Assembly (NCBI GenBank): GCA_965208835.1
Contig: OZ242358.1
Location: 128,001-192,000 of the forward strand
DNA: 64,000 bases
Source of the DNA: Candidatus Latescibacterota bacterium
GTDB taxonomy: Bacteria; Latescibacterota; UBA2968; GCA-2709665
Reading direction: 5' to 3'
Part shown: piece after piece, positions 60,657 to 64,000 of the stretch
How positions within the stretch are numbered: position 1 is the first letter of the stretch
How the letters are laid out: the number at the start of each line of letters is the position of its first letter
Notes under the pieces: generated by a model
Databases searched by the model: none
Told to the model about the DNA's origin: nothing
Seen by the model: only the letters and a program-made list of their open reading frames with translations
Translations under genes and position numbers: made by a program

Positions 60657-60728
60657 AGAAGCTGTTCTAAAATTCCTGGTGAGGCCCGAGCGCGCGCGAA
60701 GACCGCTGGGGGCTTTGAGACAGCTTCT
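60657..60728. mobile_element. MITE family A, internally deleted (72 bp)
   Basis: AGAAGCTGTTCTAAAATTCC...GAAGACCGCTGGGGGCTTTGAGACAGCTTCT joins the two ends of 2338-2500 (inverted). Confidence 0.78.
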
Positions 60729-60748
60729 ACAAGGTGTGGAGAAGGAAT

Positions 60749-61051
60749 ATGGAGGTCAAGGTCCTGTTTTTTGCGTCGTGCAGGGATCTGGTCGGGACGC
60801 CGGAGACGTCTGTTTCGCTGCCCGAGCGGGCCAGCGTCGCCGACCTGCTGGCGCGGTTGGCGGAGGAGCATCCCCGGTTGCAGGAAATGGAAGGCAGCCT
60901 GATGGTATCGGTCAACCAGGCGTACGTGGATCGGACCCAACGGCTCAGTGACGGGGACGAGGTGGCGTTTATCCCGCCGGTAAGCGGGGGAGCGGCGACC
61001 GACGGCATCGCAGGAGACGGGTCAGGGGAAGGAAGAACCCATGTCCGGTGA
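60749..61051 (+). CDS. moaD: Molybdopterin synthase sulfur carrier with a C-terminal extension
   Basis: VKVLFFA, VSVNQAY, DGDEVAFIPPVSGG followed by 19 extra residues. Confidence 0.9.
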   Translation: MEVKVLFFASCRDLVGTPETSVSLPERASVADLLARLAEEHPRLQEMEGSLMVSVNQAYVDRTQRLSDGDEVAFIPPVSGGAATDGIAGDGSGEGRTHVR

Positions 61052-61493
61052 TCTGTACCGCATTCAGGAAGGACCCATTTTGGCCGACGCGCTGCACGAC
61101 GCCGTGCTGAGAGATTCGGATGGCGCGGTGGCGACCTTCGCGGGGGTGGTGCGAGACCATTCAATGGGGCGGCGGACCAGCTATCTGGTGTACGATGCCT
61201 ACAGGGAAATGGCGGAAAAGAAAATGGAGGAGATCGGCCGGGAGGTGAAGGCGAAGTGGGAGGTGGACCGGGTGGGCATGCTGCATCGGGTGGGGCGATT
61301 GGAGATCGGAGAGACCAGCGTGCTGATTGCGATATCCGCTCCGCACCGCAAGGCGGCCCTGGAGGCCTGTCATTACGCGATCGACCGGCTGAAGGAAACC
61401 GTGCCTATTTGGAAAAAGGAGGTATGGACGGACGGCGAAGAATGGATTGAAGGCGATCCGTCGGCCTCAGGAAACACAGCGGTCAAAGGATAA
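61041..61493 (+). CDS. moaE: Molybdopterin synthase catalytic subunit
   Basis: GAVATFAGVVR, HRVGRL, APHR, IDRLKETVPIWKKE. Confidence 0.95.
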   Translation: MSGDLYRIQEGPILADALHDAVLRDSDGAVATFAGVVRDHSMGRRTSYLVYDAYREMAEKKMEEIGREVKAKWEVDRVGMLHRVGRLEIGETSVLIAISAPHRKAALEACHYAIDRLKETVPIWKKEVWTDGEEWIEGDPSASGNTAVKG

Positions 61494-61590
61494 CAGTCAG
61501 CGATCGGCAGCAAGCAAAAGGCGAAGACCAACTCACACGAAGACACAAAGCCACAAAGGAAAATGAGATCAGAAAACGAAACTGAGTGGA

Positions 61591-62493
61591 ATGACCTCAC
61601 AGTCCAAGAGCGGAACCCAGCATTCGCTTTTTCCGCGTTCTCCGCGCCTGCGCCATCTGTCGGGAATCATCCTGTCCCTGTGCGCCGCGTCACTTCTGAC
61701 GAGTCCACTTGCGATCGATCAGGTTGCCGCCCGGCAGGCGTCGCCGGAGCGTCGAGGGTCATCACAGGCGGACTCGACCGCCGAGCAGGAGCCTCGACAG
61801 TATACGTTCCGCGTCATAAACACGTATCCCCACGATCACGGCGCGTTTACCCAGGGGCTTGTCTATGAGGACGGTTTCCTGTACGAGGGAACGGGGCTCT
61901 ACGGCCGGTCCTCGTTGCGCAAGGTCGTGCTGGAAACCGGCGAAGTCACGCGGATTCAGCCGCTGGAATCCCGTTATTTCGGCGAAGGGATTACGATTTT
62001 CGGCAATCGCATCATTCAATTGACCTGGGTGGCGCGGACCGGATTTGTCTACAACAGGGAGACATTCGAACGCCTGCGGTCGTTCACCTATTCATCCGAG
62101 GGGTGGGGGATCACGCACGACGGCCGGCGGTTGATCGTGAGCGACGGGACGCCGACGCTGTATTTCAGAGATTCCGACACGTTCGAGGAGGTGGGGCGGG
62201 TGGAAGTCCGGGACAATATGGGTCCGGTGACCCGGCTTAATGAACTGGAATACGTAGACGGTGAAATCTACGCCAATGTCTGGGAATCGGACCTGATAGC
62301 GAGAATCGATCCGGAGTCCGGCAGGGTGGTGGGCTGGATCGATCTGACGGGATTGATGCCCGGAAGGGAACGACTCGGTGCGGATGCCGCGCTGAACGGA
62401 ATTGCGTATGACGGGTATGGGAAGCGCCTGTTCGTGACAGGAAAACGATGGCCGAAGCTGTTCGAGATTGAAGTGGTGCCCGGAAAAGAGTGA
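61591..62493 (+). CDS. Glutaminyl-peptide cyclotransferase (plant/bacterial beta-propeller type)
   Basis: YPHD..AFTQGL, EGTGLYG, FGEGIT, EGWGIT, LNELEY, LNGIAYD, TGKRWP. Confidence 0.92.
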   Translation: MTSQSKSGTQHSLFPRSPRLRHLSGIILSLCAASLLTSPLAIDQVAARQASPERRGSSQADSTAEQEPRQYTFRVINTYPHDHGAFTQGLVYEDGFLYEGTGLYGRSSLRKVVLETGEVTRIQPLESRYFGEGITIFGNRIIQLTWVARTGFVYNRETFERLRSFTYSSEGWGITHDGRRLIVSDGTPTLYFRDSDTFEEVGRVEVRDNMGPVTRLNELEYVDGEIYANVWESDLIARIDPESGRVVGWIDLTGLMPGRERLGADAALNGIAYDGYGKRLFVTGKRWPKLFEIEVVPGKE

Positions 62494-62562
62494 TTCGGAA
62501 GGACAAGGCACGGGATCCCGGGGCCCTGCCCGGGGAATTGGAGGCGCGGCGCAAGCCGTGCC

Positions 62563-63951
62563 TCATTTGTTGTGGCGCCATTTGAGGAGCGTGCCGATGT
62601 CCATCAGATACGTGACGTCTGATTTGTCGCGATCCGGGCGATCCCTGAGGGATTCGATCCTCACGGTGGTGGATCGGCAGAGCCCATTGAAGACATTCGC
62701 GGGTACTTCGATACGGTTGTGGGTCTTGTAGAAGGCGTGAACGAGTTCCGACCGGGCGGGAATCATGGTCCCCGTGGGCGTGCCTGCGCCGTCGATACGA
62801 AATTCCCGGTCATATTCCCAGCCCATGCAATAGTCTCCAGTGCGCGTCTGAAGGAACGTGGCGAAATTGAGGGCCGCGCAGAGGCGGTCCCTTAGTGGAT
62901 CGGAAAAGGGATGATCGATGGGGAGGACGTCGTACAGCGAGGCGAGGCCGTTCGCGGTGATGGACTGATAGCCGATATGGAAGTTGTGACCCGGCCAGCC
63001 GCCTCGTGGCAGTTGCGCGAAGAAGACGCCGCCGCGCGTTCGCCAGATGGCCGTCTCCAGGTAACTTTCTTCTCCGGTGAACGCGTACAGCAGGGATAGA
63101 AACCAGAGCGCGAAGGCATCGTAGTTGTTGTTTCCGGTAAAGGGACAGGACGTCGTCCAGTCCGCGGCCCGTCGAACGGCGTTGAGGTATTCCTCCTCTC
63201 CGGTAACCCGAAAGCCCTCCGCAAGGGCCAGGCCCGCCCAGCCCGTATCGTAGAAGTTGTCGCGCTGGTTCATCACGCCGCCGGGAACGCCCTTGTACCA
63301 CCAGCGGAAGGCGCCGTTCTCGTCCTGCTCCGCAAGGAGATAGTCCAGGCCGCCGACGGCCAGCTTCCGGTACTGCTCGTCGCCCAGCGCTTCGTAGCCG
63401 TACAGATAACCCAGGATGACGTTCGAAGGCCAGCGGTACGCGGGTTTCTCCGCATCCGGGACCGTACCCCAGCCGCCATCCGGGTTGCGGCACGCTTCAC
63501 ACTCGGCATGCGCCGTCCGGAACGCCGCATCCAGCGTTTCGGCGTCTGTCGCGCCGAAGGCGTAGTTCGCATCGACAATGCGGTCGCGAGGCGCAACCGG
63601 AAACCCGTCGGCCAGGCGGCGGCCGGGTACGACCACGTCAAACGATTCGGTGGCGATGGCTGTGAAGTTCTGCGCCCTGGAAATGACCTGCGCCGTGATG
63701 AGATATGTTCCCGGCTGATAATCGGTTTCGAGGCCGCAGTCGAACCGGAGAACCGTGTGCCCGTCGTCCAGGTCCCGGTTGACCTCCCCGGATGCGTACC
63801 GCGTTGCGCCCAGGGGATCGTTGATCGCGAGCCGGGCCTGGACCGTCTGTTCGTCCATCCCGATCACGTGGAGGTCAATGGAGATCCGCTGGCCGGGAAC
63901 GAAGCCGAAGCTCTTGTCGGGAATGGAAATGACGAGACAGGGGTCCGGCAT
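62563..63951 (-). CDS. Hypothetical protein: beta-rich N-domain + alpha/alpha-toroid (prenyltransferase/GH-like repeats)
   Basis: 462-aa ORF; repeats LDYLLAEQDENGAF, RNPDGGW, AQLPRGGW, FRVTGEEEYL..V, YAFTGEESYL..A. Confidence 0.6.
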   Translation of the reverse strand: MPDPCLVISIPDKSFGFVPGQRISIDLHVIGMDEQTVQARLAINDPLGATRYASGEVNRDLDDGHTVLRFDCGLETDYQPGTYLITAQVISRAQNFTAIATESFDVVVPGRRLADGFPVAPRDRIVDANYAFGATDAETLDAAFRTAHAECEACRNPDGGWGTVPDAEKPAYRWPSNVILGYLYGYEALGDEQYRKLAVGGLDYLLAEQDENGAFRWWYKGVPGGVMNQRDNFYDTGWAGLALAEGFRVTGEEEYLNAVRRAADWTTSCPFTGNNNYDAFALWFLSLLYAFTGEESYLETAIWRTRGGVFFAQLPRGGWPGHNFHIGYQSITANGLASLYDVLPIDHPFSDPLRDRLCAALNFATFLQTRTGDYCMGWEYDREFRIDGAGTPTGTMIPARSELVHAFYKTHNRIEVPANVFNGLCRSTTVRIESLRDRPDRDKSDVTYLMDIGTLLKWRHNK

Positions 63952-64000
63952 CTCGCAGAGTCCTTTTCGCGGGCAGGGAAGTCGTCGCCCCGCAGACGCT

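Noticed and set aside
61495-61560. Short degenerate 7- and 8-mer runs (CAGTCAG..., ACACGAAG ACACAAAG CCACAAAG)
   Set aside because: Too short and degenerate to call an element, and there is no associated cargo gene.

Overview
GC-rich bacterial chromosomal window spanning the replication origin. Core block: rsmG-mnmE-yidC-rnpA-rpmH (minus strand), then dnaA-[oriC]-dnaN-recF-DUF721/dciA-gyrB-gyrA, hom, tRNA-Asp, and a long co-oriented housekeeping run (mfd, surA, S4 protein, methyltransferase, ftsEX-envC, DHH, argF, tmk, ctpA, ATP-grasp-like protein, larE, def, PHP, NAPRTase, moaDE, glutaminyl cyclase). Left arm: alpha-2-macroglobulin/pbpC, LLM monooxygenase, EutQ-like cupin, penicillin acylase, HAD hydrolase, CDP-alcohol transferase, FAH protein, and a methylmalonyl-CoA mutase/epimerase locus interrupted by a SusC/SusD pair. 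The gene content suggests an FCB-superphylum lineage such as Latescibacterota or Gemmatimonadota (inference only). Most notable observations: (1) an XRE-HTH domain fused in frame to the mutase, whose CDS also contains a perfect parS site; (2) a segment resembling the GyrA C-gate inserted into the S41 protease; (3) a second DnaA-box cluster about 16 kb from oriC; (4) the SusCD cassette is bounded by a ~90-bp duplication of the mutase 3' end; (5) MoaD has a blocked Gly-Gly terminus; (6) gyrase deviates at quinolone and coumarin contact positions; (7) four MITE families plus REP and heptamer repeats, several at stop codons. No CRISPR array, rRNA, intact transposase or integrase was seen. All calls come from reading the sequence by eye; no searches were run.
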